Below are positions 27,765 through 38,050 of a DNA stretch of 64,000 nt, piece by piece (position 1 is the stretch's first letter; each line of letters starts with the position of its first letter). The position numbers and the translations under genes are program-made. This DNA is from Candidatus Campbellbacteria bacterium (GTDB taxonomy: Bacteria; Patescibacteriota; Minisyncoccia; Phycocordibacterales; EsbW-18). The notes beneath the pieces are model-generated. The model was not told the origin of the DNA and did no database searches. It saw nothing but the letters and a program-made list of their open reading frames with translations. Location of the stretch: NCBI GenBank assembly GCA_024653945.1, contig JANLIT010000002.1, forward strand, positions 80,255 through 144,254, written 5' to 3'.

Positions 27765-28793
27765 TTAGAACGGATTCGTTGCTCCACGAACCTCAAAGTG
27801 AACATGCGAGCCAGTTGAGCGTCCTGTTGAGCCAACATAACCAATCACATCACCCTGCGCCACGGTCTGACCAACTGAAACTGCATTACTACTGTTGTGG
27901 GAGTACAGCGTCTGTGTTCCGTTATCATGCTTAATAACCACGTAGTTTCCATATCCACCATTCCACCCACCACTTGAAGAAACGATGACCTCCCCCGCGG
28001 CCGCTGCCCAAATCGGCGTCCCTGCTGGAGAGCCAATGTCAATACCATTATTTCCATGCAATCCCTGAGTCTTAATACCCCTTGTTGGTCGCATATAGTA
28101 TCCCGCGTATGTGGGACCCGCATATGCACGAGACGCCCCACCAACTGAGCTTTTTGACGGTACGGCAACAATTTCACCATCAGGAATGATAATCTCACTT
28201 CCAACGGCAAGGGCGGAGTCAATCTCAATACCGTTATACTGCAAAATTTCATCCAAATCACCCTTGTACTTCTTGGCAATACTCTTTACCGTATCACCCT
28301 TCTTCACTATGTGTTGAATTCCTGTAACTGGCAAAATGACGAGTGTCTGGCCCGGTCGAATGAGTGATTTTCCTGAAAGGTCATTTGCCCAACGAATGGT
28401 ATTGATGGAAACATTAAACATGTCCGCAATCGTGGAAAGAGAGTCACCCTCGCGGACGATATATGTGGAAATTTGGTCAGATGTTGCTGATAGTCGTCGC
28501 TCATCAGCTATTGGGTTGTCGTTGTATGCAAGGGCAACACCGTAGATAATATTGGAATGTGTTGCCACAGCAAACTTTGGATTGGGATTTCCTGTGCTTT
28601 CTAAAAGGGGTATGTTGAGCGATGTAAGGTGAATTCCCGGAAATTCCTCTTGAGCACCTACTGACGGCAAGAAACCATAGATACCCAGCAAGGCCCCATA
28701 TGAAACGAAAGGAAGCACCGTGGCGAGTATACGAAAAACAAAACCACGCCAGAAGCGCTGTGACTGAAAACCGTGTTTCATCCGACTCGTCAA
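27765..28793 (-). CDS. LysM x2 plus M23 peptidoglycan endopeptidase
   Basis: YIVREGDSL, HIVKKGDTV, HGNNGIDI, STGSHVHFEV. Confidence 0.93.
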   Translation of the reverse strand: MTSRMKHGFQSQRFWRGFVFRILATVLPFVSYGALLGIYGFLPSVGAQEEFPGIHLTSLNIPLLESTGNPNPKFAVATHSNIIYGVALAYNDNPIADERRLSATSDQISTYIVREGDSLSTIADMFNVSINTIRWANDLSGKSLIRPGQTLVILPVTGIQHIVKKGDTVKSIAKKYKGDLDEILQYNGIEIDSALAVGSEIIIPDGEIVAVPSKSSVGGASRAYAGPTYAGYYMRPTRGIKTQGLHGNNGIDIGSPAGTPIWAAAAGEVIVSSSGGWNGGYGNYVVIKHDNGTQTLYSHNSSNAVSVGQTVAQGDVIGYVGSTGRSTGSHVHFEVRGATNPF

Positions 28794-29192
28794 AAAAGAA
28801 ATGGACGAGCCAAAATCACGATAGGGAGATAGTATATGGTGAGGTTAATGGTAATCCTGCTTTGTCTGGCGTTCCCACCAAGGTGGGAGGATTCTTCACT
28901 TCTGCAACCCTTACAATTCTACGGGAATGGAGATAAAGGGGCAATAAAGAAGTGGACTACTCCGTGGATAAAAATTATGTCAAAAACGGCTCTACAGAGC
29001 CGTTTTTTGGATTTTAGACACCCCGTGGACTATTGACATCACACATGTTTTCATTGTAAAAAACATTTCCAATGTAACTTTTTGGACACATGGCAGGATT
29101 GACAAATACTATAATTCGTATATAATAGCGTCTGAATGTACCCAACCCGAGCATTTCGCTTGAGTTGGCTCAAAAACAAGGGGAGATGTCCC

Positions 29193-29381
29193 ATGCACCT
29201 GTCAAGAATTTCCTTCCTCATCGGTTTTTGTCTCTCCGGATTTGCGGCGCTGGAAACAGTTGCCATCTTCTGGTACGGCAACGAGACCGCCCACTACGAA
29301 TGGGCCATCACAGCCCGGCTGACTGTGGGAATGGCCCTGATGATTTTCGGCATCGGCGTGGAGGTCTTCCGTAAGAAGTAA
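29193..29381 (+). CDS. Small two-TM protein (paralog of 20231-20416)
   Basis: Same promoter and leader architecture; GGGGAG SD. Confidence 0.65.
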   Translation: MHLSRISFLIGFCLSGFAALETVAIFWYGNETAHYEWAITARLTVGMALMIFGIGVEVFRKK

Positions 29382-29437
29382 CCTCGATTCAAATTGGGCA
29401 ATCCTGCCCGAGTTGGCTCAAAAAGGAGACTGTAGGC

Positions 29438-29710
29438 ATGAGAAGTGAGACGAGTGACGACGGCGTCACGAGTATCGAGTATGTGGAAAACAGGGGTCAT
29501 GTCGTTGTCCACGGCCATACTGCCGTCGCCGTGAGCAACGACCTTGCGGGAGTTCTGATGAACATCGCCCTCTTCCAGAAGGAGATGTCCGCCCGGTGGA
29601 AGCTCATAGGCCCTATCCAGCAAGGTTCAGGGCCCCGCGGAACTTTCTATGCGACGATGGTCTTCGAAGACCTCGCCGCGGTCAACGTCGACGGTGGGGA
29701 AATCGATTAG
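29438..29710 (+). CDS. Hypothetical protein
   Basis: AAAGGAG SD preceded by a variant leader hairpin; family terminator follows. Confidence 0.6.
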   Translation: MRSETSDDGVTSIEYVENRGHVVVHGHTAVAVSNDLAGVLMNIALFQKEMSARWKLIGPIQQGSGPRGTFYATMVFEDLAAVNVDGGEID

Positions 29711-29790
29711 TATTCTCGTCTCTGCCACCACTATCGCCCGCCGGCCAAGCAACATGCACAAGCATGTGCTCGGTCGGCGGTTTTTCTTTT

Positions 29791-29965
29791 CTACTTTCTA
29801 CTTACTACTTTCTACTCGTTTAGGTTTCGGATTTCGATATTCGAATTTCGTATTTTCATTGATTATTGGTGCTTGGTTATTGGTCATTTCTTACCGCTTA
29901 CTACTTACTACTTTCTACTCTTGTTTGTATTTTGTTATTTGCCATTTGATATTTGCTATTTGGCC
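29791..29965 (+). repeat. Mosaic 7-mer tandem array (~25 units, four sub-families)
   Basis: ctacttt/ctactta, ttcggat/ttcgata, ggttatt/ggtcatt and tttgcca/tttgata blocks. Confidence 0.85.
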
Positions 29966-29984
29966 ACCATGCTATTATGCGTCC

Positions 29985-31946
29985 ATGCACTACCTTGAAA
30001 GCCTCAATCCTGCACAAAAACGAGCTGTTTCACATACTGACGGTGCTCTTATGATTATTGCTGGTGCCGGGACAGGAAAGACACGCGTCATAACCACCCG
30101 CATACTCCACCTTATTAATAGTGGTGTCCTTCCCGAGAAGATTCTCGCCATTACCTTCACCAATAAAGCGGCGACCGAGATGCGCGAACGGGTTGGACAT
30201 CTCCTTGGAACCGACCTACATACCAGCTACCACATACCAGCTACCACCTCTCCTTTTGTGGGAACCTTTCATTCCCTCGGTGTCAAAATCTTGCGAGAAA
30301 ATGTGACACGTCTTGGTGTGACAAAGTACTTCACCATTTTTGACCGCGATAATTCTCTTTCGGCAATCAAACGAATTGTAAAAGACCTCGGATTAGATCC
30401 CAAACAACATTCACCAAACGCATTTCTCTCCGTTATTTCAAAAAACAAAGGCGAGGCAACAACACTTTCAAAGTTTAAGGAAAAAAGTGGGCTCAACTAT
30501 TTTGAGCGACTCGTTGTTCCTGTGTGGGAGAAATACGCCGAGGTGCTTACAAAAGAAAAAGCATTTGATTTTGATGATTTACTTCTTTCTACATTGGAAC
30601 TCCTCAAAAAGAATCCAGATATTCTTGAACACTACCAGAAGCGTTGGTCACACATTCACGTTGATGAGTATCAAGACACCAACACGGTGCAGTATGAACT
30701 CACCAAACTACTCGCGAGCGGACATGGGAATATTTGTGTTGTCGGTGACCACGACCAATGCATTTACACATGGCGAAGTGCCGACATGCGCAATCTCGCG
30801 CGATTTGAAAAAGATTTCTCCCACGTAACAGTTGTGATGTTGGAAGAAAATTATCGTTCAACACAAACAATTCTCTCTGCAGCAAATAGCGCCATCGCAC
30901 AAAATGAATTTAGAAAAGAAAAGAATTTGTTTACTAACAGTGCTGATGGAGCAAAAATAGAACTCTACACTGCGGCAAATGAAAATGACGAAGCAATGTG
31001 GATTGCTGCGCGTGCTGCAGAATTAATTGCGTCTGGTACTCCCGCAAACGAAATCGCCGTGTTGTTTCGTGCAAACTTTCAGTCACGCGTACTTGAAGAA
31101 GCGTTTCTCAACACGCACGTACCATACCAAATGCTTGGTGTACGTTTTTTTGAACGAAAAGAGGTGAAGGATATTCTCTCGTACATTATTGCCGCACTTA
31201 ATCCAGACAGCACAACCGCTATTTCTCGAATTATAAATGTTCCAGCGCGCGGTATTGGAAAAACAACACTCCTTAAAATTCTTTCATACCAAGAACATGA
31301 CTTGCCAGCAAAGATGAAAGAAAAGATTGAACGATTTCGTGCGCTACTTGGACGCATTGCGGAATACACCCACACACACAAACCATCCGAGGTAGTTAAA
31401 TTTGTCATCAAAGAAAGTGGAATTGAATTAGACCTCATACATGGAGGTGATGACGACATTGAACGTCTCGCCAACATGAAAGAGCTCGCCACACTCGCGG
31501 TGCGATATGACACTCTTCCACCAGAAGAGGGCGTCTCAACATTTTTGGAAAACGCATCACTGGCAAGTGATCAAGACGCACTCCGCAATGACGAATCATC
31601 GGTGAAACTTATGACCATTCACGCTGCAAAAGGGCTTGAATTTGCTCATGTTTTTATTTCTGGTCTTGAAGAGGGGCTCTTTCCCGATGAACGAAGTGAG
31701 ACGCGCGAAACACCCGAGGAACGCGAGGAGGAACGCCGACTTTTTTATGTTGCACTCACACGTGCACGACACCAAGCACATCTTTCGTACGCATTTATCC
31801 GCACCATTTTCGGAACACCAACCATCAACACACCGTCACGATTTATAACTGAAATGGATAGTGAGCTTGTGGAAGATGTTACCCCTACAAATGAGTGGAA
31901 ACCCCAAGGAGGTTTTGGAAAAGGCCTTTTGGATATAGATTTTTAA
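29985..31946 (+). CDS. pcrA: ATP-dependent DNA helicase UvrD/PcrA
   Basis: AGAGTGKT, VDEYQDTN, VGDHDQ, LEENYRS, MTIHAAKGLEF, EERRLFYVA. Confidence 0.95.
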   Translation: MHYLESLNPAQKRAVSHTDGALMIIAGAGTGKTRVITTRILHLINSGVLPEKILAITFTNKAATEMRERVGHLLGTDLHTSYHIPATTSPFVGTFHSLGVKILRENVTRLGVTKYFTIFDRDNSLSAIKRIVKDLGLDPKQHSPNAFLSVISKNKGEATTLSKFKEKSGLNYFERLVVPVWEKYAEVLTKEKAFDFDDLLLSTLELLKKNPDILEHYQKRWSHIHVDEYQDTNTVQYELTKLLASGHGNICVVGDHDQCIYTWRSADMRNLARFEKDFSHVTVVMLEENYRSTQTILSAANSAIAQNEFRKEKNLFTNSADGAKIELYTAANENDEAMWIAARAAELIASGTPANEIAVLFRANFQSRVLEEAFLNTHVPYQMLGVRFFERKEVKDILSYIIAALNPDSTTAISRIINVPARGIGKTTLLKILSYQEHDLPAKMKEKIERFRALLGRIAEYTHTHKPSEVVKFVIKESGIELDLIHGGDDDIERLANMKELATLAVRYDTLPPEEGVSTFLENASLASDQDALRNDESSVKLMTIHAAKGLEFAHVFISGLEEGLFPDERSETRETPEEREEERRLFYVALTRARHQAHLSYAFIRTIFGTPTINTPSRFITEMDSELVEDVTPTNEWKPQGGFGKGLLDIDF

Positions 31947-32007
31947 GGTATATTCTTTGCAGGAGTCTTGCTTCTGTACAGAAGCAAGACTCCTGCAAAA
32001 TAAAAAC

Positions 32008-32808
32008 ATGGCACACCGTGCAAAAAAAGAACTTGGACAAAATTTTTTGAAATCTAAACTTGCGATTAGCAAAATCGTTGAAGTGGCTTCCTTATCCGCA
32101 ACAGACACCGTTCTTGAAATTGGACCAGGCAAGGGAGCACTTACACGAGCACTCCTTGATACTGGATGCACTGTTATTGCAATTGAAAAAGATGGTGAAC
32201 TTATTGTATTGTTGCAAAAAACTTTTGCAGAAGAGATTGCATCAAAAAAACTAACACTGATTCAAGGCGACATTCGCACTGTTGATTTTTCTCATTACCT
32301 GCTACAAGCTACGAGCTACAAGCTCATTGCCAACATTCCCTACTACATCACGGGAGAAATTTTAGAATTATTTCTTGAACACGGACCACAACCAGAACGC
32401 ATTGTGGTACTTGTACAAAAAGAAGTTGCACAACGAATTGTAGCACGTGATAAAAAAGAAAGTATTCTCTCACTGTCGGTGAAAGCGTATGGCACACCGA
32501 AGATTGTGATGAATGTGTCAAAGAAATATTTTTCTCCTGCACCAAAAGTTGATTCGGCCGTGTTGTGCATTTCAGATATTTCAAAAAAGAAATTTGCAGG
32601 TGGTGATGAAAAGAAATTTTTTACACTCGTCAAAGCTGGCTTCGCACACAAACGAAAACAACTCGTCCCGAATCTTGCGAGCCTGGTACCAAAAGAAACG
32701 CTTTCGCGTTTCTTGACGGAGCACGGACACTCCGCGAGGGAGCGTGCGGAGGAATTGTCGGTTGATGATTGGCTTGCGTTATCTCAAACTACAAATCCGA
32801 CCCTGTAA
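32008..32808 (+). CDS. rsmA: 16S rRNA dimethyladenosine methyltransferase
   Basis: LGQNFL, LEIGPGKG, ANIPYYIT, PAPKVDS. Confidence 0.96.
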   Translation: MAHRAKKELGQNFLKSKLAISKIVEVASLSATDTVLEIGPGKGALTRALLDTGCTVIAIEKDGELIVLLQKTFAEEIASKKLTLIQGDIRTVDFSHYLLQATSYKLIANIPYYITGEILELFLEHGPQPERIVVLVQKEVAQRIVARDKKESILSLSVKAYGTPKIVMNVSKKYFSPAPKVDSAVLCISDISKKKFAGGDEKKFFTLVKAGFAHKRKQLVPNLASLVPKETLSRFLTEHGHSARERAEELSVDDWLALSQTTNPTL

Positions 32809-33922
32809 TAAATGATATAACCCCCATGGTTGGAATAAGAAGTGGCTCACCTTCGTATGTGATATAACAGGTTTGGGTTCCTGGTACATACAATCCTATT
32901 GTCTTCGACGCAAAGGGCATATTCCAGTTCGCATATCCTTGAGCATATGTGTACCCGACCCATGCAGGTGTGAGCATGCCCGGGGGAGCAATGACGATTG
33001 CCCATGTGTCGCTGTAATAACAGAAGAAACGATAATAAATAGTTCCACCAAAAGGAAGTAGGCTGACGGCAAGTGCTTCTTTTGGTTTTAAAATAGTAAC
33101 AACCGACGTTAAGAAGCGAAAAAGGAGGTTCCCTGTTTTTTGTGCTTGAGGAATCGCCCAAGTAATGTCGTCCGAGGACTGTATTAATTCAATAATATCT
33201 TTTTTTGAGTCTTTACGAATTTGGTTCTTAACAGCATCTTTTGTTTTTGAATCCATGTCATTCAAATATCCTCCCTCATCCAAAAAGGCAATGAGTATTT
33301 CAACATTGTTTTCATTTTGATTTTGTACGAGATCCATCACCGCCCTTGTCGTCGGCGGACTCGCAATGGTTTCTGGGACAATCTCCGTATCCTTTCTTGC
33401 CATCAACATCTCTGTATCAGAAATAACCACCAAATTCATGCGCGACACAATACTGGTAAATAGTTCTTTTGTTTTTGCATCTGGGCCCACTTCAGCAGGT
33501 ATAGTACTGCCAGTGCCCATATCTTCAATGACAATAGTAGGTGTATCACTTATAAACGCACGCGTACTTGGACCAAAAAAACCGGTTCCTGACACTAATC
33601 CAGCTGGTATAAGTATTTCTTCGCGATACAGCTCCTGATACCTCCGTACCGCATCAGCGGTCAGCACACCATAATACGACGTTTCATACCCCGGAGACCC
33701 GTCGCCTGCTTCCGCAACATGCGTTACTGTGTTTTGATTCAAAAGTATTTGTAACTGCCACACATCACCACCAGAGTCGCCGAGACGCAGGTTGCGGGAA
33801 AACGTTTCCGCAGAAGCACGGGCGGACAGCAACAAAAAAAATACACCGATAAAAAAACTGGCGCCCAATACCAGACGTGCGCTGGAGGGCGTGCCCCAAA
33901 AAGCCTTTTTGTGCGTGGACAT
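32789..33922 (-). CDS. Peptidoglycan-binding domain exported protein
   Basis: FSRNLRLGDSGGDVWQLQILLN...TADAVRRYQ...GFFGPSTR. Confidence 0.8.
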   Translation of the reverse strand: MSTHKKAFWGTPSSARLVLGASFFIGVFFLLLSARASAETFSRNLRLGDSGGDVWQLQILLNQNTVTHVAEAGDGSPGYETSYYGVLTADAVRRYQELYREEILIPAGLVSGTGFFGPSTRAFISDTPTIVIEDMGTGSTIPAEVGPDAKTKELFTSIVSRMNLVVISDTEMLMARKDTEIVPETIASPPTTRAVMDLVQNQNENNVEILIAFLDEGGYLNDMDSKTKDAVKNQIRKDSKKDIIELIQSSDDITWAIPQAQKTGNLLFRFLTSVVTILKPKEALAVSLLPFGGTIYYRFFCYYSDTWAIVIAPPGMLTPAWVGYTYAQGYANWNMPFASKTIGLYVPGTQTCYITYEGEPLLIPTMGVISFITGSDL

Positions 33923-33980
33923 ATATATAGTATAGCGTAGAATAAAGGATGATAATACGTGGGGTATACACTTTTATTCT

Positions 33981-34970
33981 ATGCAACCTGATTCTTTTTT
34001 ACACAAACCAAGCAAACGTATTTTTGCCCTCGGAATAATTGCTATCGCGGTGATTGCTTCTGTTGTTCTTTTTAAAATAAAACCATCAACCACCCAACAG
34101 GGCGTGCTCAAAAATGAGGTGGTAAGCGGTACCATTGTTACCGAAATAGATTCTGATGCAGACGGACTCAAAGATTGGGAGGAGGCACTTTGGGGTACCG
34201 ACCCAAAAATGACGGACTCGAATGGAGATGGAATTGGTGACCTTGCAGAAGTGCGAAATAAAAAAATCGAAATACAGACGACACGAGAACAAATTCTTAA
34301 TTCTGCAACGAGCAGTATGTTTTCTTATTTTGAACAGGGTACAAACATCACCAAAACCGATGCTCTTTCTCGAGCACTCTTTGAACAAGTTATTGCATTT
34401 AAAACTGCGGGAATTCCTCTCACGAAAGAAGATGCAATACACATCGCTTCAACGCTCGGAAGTGTGATTGAACAGGCACCAGACACAAACCAGAAACAAT
34501 TTCAATTAAGCAACCTCAGTATTATTGAAACACCAACCACTGCACAGTTACATACCTATGGAAACACTGTTGCAGGAGCGCTTAAGGTTACTGTGTCCGA
34601 ACAAAATAACGAATTTTTTGTATTTGAAGAGTTTGCAAAAACAGGAAACGTTGCCTCTTTTGTAAAACTGAGCCCCGTTATTCAGCACTACAAAGATGTT
34701 GTTGCCAAGCTACGCGGTATTGCCACCCCACGAGACATTTCCGCAAGCTACCTTGATTTTATTAATACAACACAAATAACAGCAACTATACTTGGACAAC
34801 TTCAGACCGCCTCCGTCGACTCCGTGGCTATTATTCCCGTGTTACAAACATACCAAACAAACTACGACGCCCGAGTTGCCGCACTTCGTGCCATTAAAAC
34901 GTATCTTGTTGCGCAAAATATCACCTATACCGACTTTGAAGACGGGTTTTTACTTGTTACTATGGACTAG
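33981..34970 (+). CDS. Membrane-anchored protein with DxDxDG Ca-binding (TSP3-like) motif
   Basis: DSDADGLKDWEEALWGTDP...DSNGDG. Confidence 0.8.
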   Translation: MQPDSFLHKPSKRIFALGIIAIAVIASVVLFKIKPSTTQQGVLKNEVVSGTIVTEIDSDADGLKDWEEALWGTDPKMTDSNGDGIGDLAEVRNKKIEIQTTREQILNSATSSMFSYFEQGTNITKTDALSRALFEQVIAFKTAGIPLTKEDAIHIASTLGSVIEQAPDTNQKQFQLSNLSIIETPTTAQLHTYGNTVAGALKVTVSEQNNEFFVFEEFAKTGNVASFVKLSPVIQHYKDVVAKLRGIATPRDISASYLDFINTTQITATILGQLQTASVDSVAIIPVLQTYQTNYDARVAALRAIKTYLVAQNITYTDFEDGFLLVTMD

Positions 34971-34978
34971 TTCTGTAC

Positions 34979-37900
34979 ATGTTCTCTCATTTTTATACAA
35001 AAATAGTCGTTACTCTCCTCGTTGTGCTTTTTGTCATAACACCCGTTGGTTTATCTCTTTCTACGGGCATGCAAGTACAACGTGTCCAAGCAGGATCACT
35101 GCCTCTTGGCGAGCTTGGTAAGGGCTTTGTTTCCACGGTTGCAGCGTGTGCTATAACTGCATTTATAATGAAATATGTATCTGGTGTTGTTGCAATTTTG
35201 CCATCTGCGACAGTGCCCGCAGGAACGGCGGAAACTCCTGTGAAAAAAATGCTTGACTGTATTCTCTATGGTGTTGTAAACGTAATTATTGAGGACATGA
35301 TAAAGAGCATCACGAGGTGGGCACAGAGTGGGTTTGAAGGAAACCCCGTGTTTGTTACTCAATTGGACTCCTACATGCGCGATGTTGTTGATAAACAGAT
35401 AGGGTTATATCTTGAAAGCAAAATTCCACTGCTTTGTTCTCCGTTTAAACTTGATGTCCAGCTCGCCCTCATGCAGTCATACCAAACAAGTTCCGGGAGA
35501 TATCAAGGGAGCTGTTCGCTCACAGAGGCGGTTGGGAACGTTGAGGGATTTCTTGGTGGAAACTTTTATGACGGTGGCTGGAATGGGTGGGTAGATTTGG
35601 TAAGCAACCCATACAGCAATCCCTACGGCTCATACCTTGAAGCGGACAGAGAGATGAAAATAAAAATCTTAGCAACTACAGATAAACAAACAAAAGATAT
35701 AGCCCAAGGGGCGGGGTACTTGTCTAAGCAGGTGCAACAGTGTTATGCGATGGTTGACGGGACAAGGGTTGATATGACAGCAGAGGATTATGAAAACGCC
35801 AATACTCCCGCTGGTGCAGATGATGTTGGTTGTGATGAACCACGGACAGTCACCCCTGGTTCATATATTCAAGAGCAGGTTGCAAAGACAACTGGACTTT
35901 CTATGGAGCGACTGTCTTTTGCAGATGAACTTAATGAAATGATAACGGCCATTGTTGCCTTCTTGGTACGCGATGTTCTTCTCGGAGAAAAAGGTCTTGC
36001 GGGATACGACCCGAACGATTTCCTCGACGACACATATCCAGACCTTCCAAGTCTTGATGAGATTGAAATACCTGGGGTTGATACGGGTGGTGATTTTCAA
36101 ATGTGTTTGCCAGAAAATTTGTGGGAAATATACCCACTTTCCGATGGAGTACCTGGTCAAGCGATAAGAATTCCATCAAGCCAATACCCTGCAACTGGCT
36201 TGCCATTTACCTCAACGCCTTCAAACCCAAGCTTAGAGATTCCTATCAACATGGGCGTAAAACAAAACTACTCACGTGTACAAATTTCGTTTACTGTAAC
36301 CGTTGGTGACCAATATCAATGTGTTCCGGTCGATCCACCCACACCCGAATGTCCGGTATCTCTTGGTGACCAATACAATGTTTTTTGGCTTCACAGAGAT
36401 ACGGGTTGGGGGCAAAACGATGTGGTTGAACTTGTTTCAAGACAACACGGAGGACAACTGGCCTTTAAGACAAGTGTTAATCTAGTCAATGGAAGTCCTT
36501 GTGCGGCAACACTAAACAATGGTTCTCGTTTTTCTTTTGTTGCTGGTCAGACATATCGCGTTGAAGTAGATTACAACCCGGGCCTAAGGGGTTTTGAGTC
36601 CGGCGCTTTTGGCCAAATGTCGTTAAAAATTAATGGCTCTGCTGTTGCAAGCCTAAACACCGGCACTAACGGCCAGGGTATTAATGTGTTGCAGAGTAAT
36701 CCTCCTTTTGGAAAACATAAGGGCAAGGGTGGTTTTAAAATAGTGCTCGGTGGTGCAGAAAATGCTGAGGGTAATGAGGGTGCCCCCTATGGTTGGACAT
36801 GGAGAGATCTGAATGTTGTATTTACACCCGGTCCGGCAACCACCGCGGATAGTGGTGATGATGATGGCAGCGGTTGTGTTCCTTGGGGAACAACAACGTG
36901 TGAAGGCCCTGTTCCAACAGCAACACTCACCGCAACAAGCCCAGTGAACTCTGGAACTCCCACAACTATTTCGTGGAGTTCAACGGACGCAACATCGTGT
37001 GACGTAACGCAGGGCTCAAATGCAGGATTTTCTACTGGTAGCGCACTATCAGGAAGCGATACCTCGTTTAATCTCACCGCAACTACAACGTTTGCAATTC
37101 GCTGTAGAGGAACGGGTGGGGCAGCAAACAAAAGTGCAACTGTTACTATCGGTGGTGCACCAACAGCAACCCTCACCGCTTCTCCAAACCCCGTAAACCC
37201 ACAAAGCCCAACAATACTGACGTGGAGTTCCACTGGTGCAACAGCGTGTTCAGTAACAGCGGGCTCAGATTCAGGATTTGAAATCGTCGGCAGTGCACCT
37301 TCGGGAAGTGATGACTCAGACGACCTTATAGCTTCGGCAACAACATTTGCAATTCTCTGTACAGGAACAGGCGGAACGGCCACCGCAAGTGTTGTTGTTA
37401 ATGCTGACGCAACACCGACGCCACTACGACTCTTTATTGACGATCGCGACACCCCCGGACAGATGGAACTCTATAAAGAAGCGAGTTCTGGAATCACGAA
37501 ACTCTCTGGACCACTTGTGGCCGACGGAAACGTACTCTTCTTTAAGGTCTCGCAGAATGGCCGGTACGTGGCGTACAGTGCCAGTGCTCGTAATTACCTA
37601 GACTATGAACTGTACACCGTGCCAATCACGGGTGGTGCTGTTACGCGCATTAGCCACACCTTGCCGTTTGACTATGATGTGAAGAATTTTGATTTCTCGC
37701 CAGACGGTCAGCGTGTCGTCTACCAAGCAGGCCGAACATCTATTGGGTTGTGGGAGCTGTTCTCCACACCAAGCGCGAGCGCTGGAGCACTGCGTATCAG
37801 CCAACAAATGGACGCTGGCGAGAATGTGCAGGTACAGCCAGGACAGGAAGAGTTTAAAATAAGTTGTGATAGTGAAACGGTCTACTTCCTCGCCGACACA

Positions 37901-38008
37901 ACGGCAACAGAAGTATATGAGGCATACTCGGTGCCCATCGGTGGTGGCACGATTACACTAATTCCAGGAGGTCAGTTGCCGGTGTTTCCATGTGTGGTTC
38001 CTTTTTAG
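34979..38008 (+). CDS. Large exported protein of the T4SS-like cluster (Ig-like and TolB-like repeats at C-terminus)
   Basis: Signal/TM; WAQSGFEGNPVFV...CSPF..GGW.GW..NPYG N-terminal block; LTWSST repeats; SPDGQRVVY. Confidence 0.8.
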   Translation: MFSHFYTKIVVTLLVVLFVITPVGLSLSTGMQVQRVQAGSLPLGELGKGFVSTVAACAITAFIMKYVSGVVAILPSATVPAGTAETPVKKMLDCILYGVVNVIIEDMIKSITRWAQSGFEGNPVFVTQLDSYMRDVVDKQIGLYLESKIPLLCSPFKLDVQLALMQSYQTSSGRYQGSCSLTEAVGNVEGFLGGNFYDGGWNGWVDLVSNPYSNPYGSYLEADREMKIKILATTDKQTKDIAQGAGYLSKQVQQCYAMVDGTRVDMTAEDYENANTPAGADDVGCDEPRTVTPGSYIQEQVAKTTGLSMERLSFADELNEMITAIVAFLVRDVLLGEKGLAGYDPNDFLDDTYPDLPSLDEIEIPGVDTGGDFQMCLPENLWEIYPLSDGVPGQAIRIPSSQYPATGLPFTSTPSNPSLEIPINMGVKQNYSRVQISFTVTVGDQYQCVPVDPPTPECPVSLGDQYNVFWLHRDTGWGQNDVVELVSRQHGGQLAFKTSVNLVNGSPCAATLNNGSRFSFVAGQTYRVEVDYNPGLRGFESGAFGQMSLKINGSAVASLNTGTNGQGINVLQSNPPFGKHKGKGGFKIVLGGAENAEGNEGAPYGWTWRDLNVVFTPGPATTADSGDDDGSGCVPWGTTTCEGPVPTATLTATSPVNSGTPTTISWSSTDATSCDVTQGSNAGFSTGSALSGSDTSFNLTATTTFAIRCRGTGGAANKSATVTIGGAPTATLTASPNPVNPQSPTILTWSSTGATACSVTAGSDSGFEIVGSAPSGSDDSDDLIASATTFAILCTGTGGTATASVVVNADATPTPLRLFIDDRDTPGQMELYKEASSGITKLSGPLVADGNVLFFKVSQNGRYVAYSASARNYLDYELYTVPITGGAVTRISHTLPFDYDVKNFDFSPDGQRVVYQAGRTSIGLWELFSTPSASAGALRISQQMDAGENVQVQPGQEEFKISCDSETVYFLADTTATEVYEAYSVPIGGGTITLIPGGQLPVFPCVVPF

Positions 38009-38050
38009 GTGGAGTTTTAAGATTGGGGTGGTACGGTTGAGGTACATAAA

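Noticed and set aside
29791-29965. CRISPR array
   Set aside because: Units are 7-nt degenerate tandem repeats with no unique spacers, and no cas genes are in the window.
29649-29984. N-terminal extensions of ORF-track calls (uvrD; also 22248, 41570, 31957, xth, DoxX-like, TfoX)
   Set aside because: The extensions translate terminators, repeats, inserted elements or a tRNA; downstream starts match the family N-termini.
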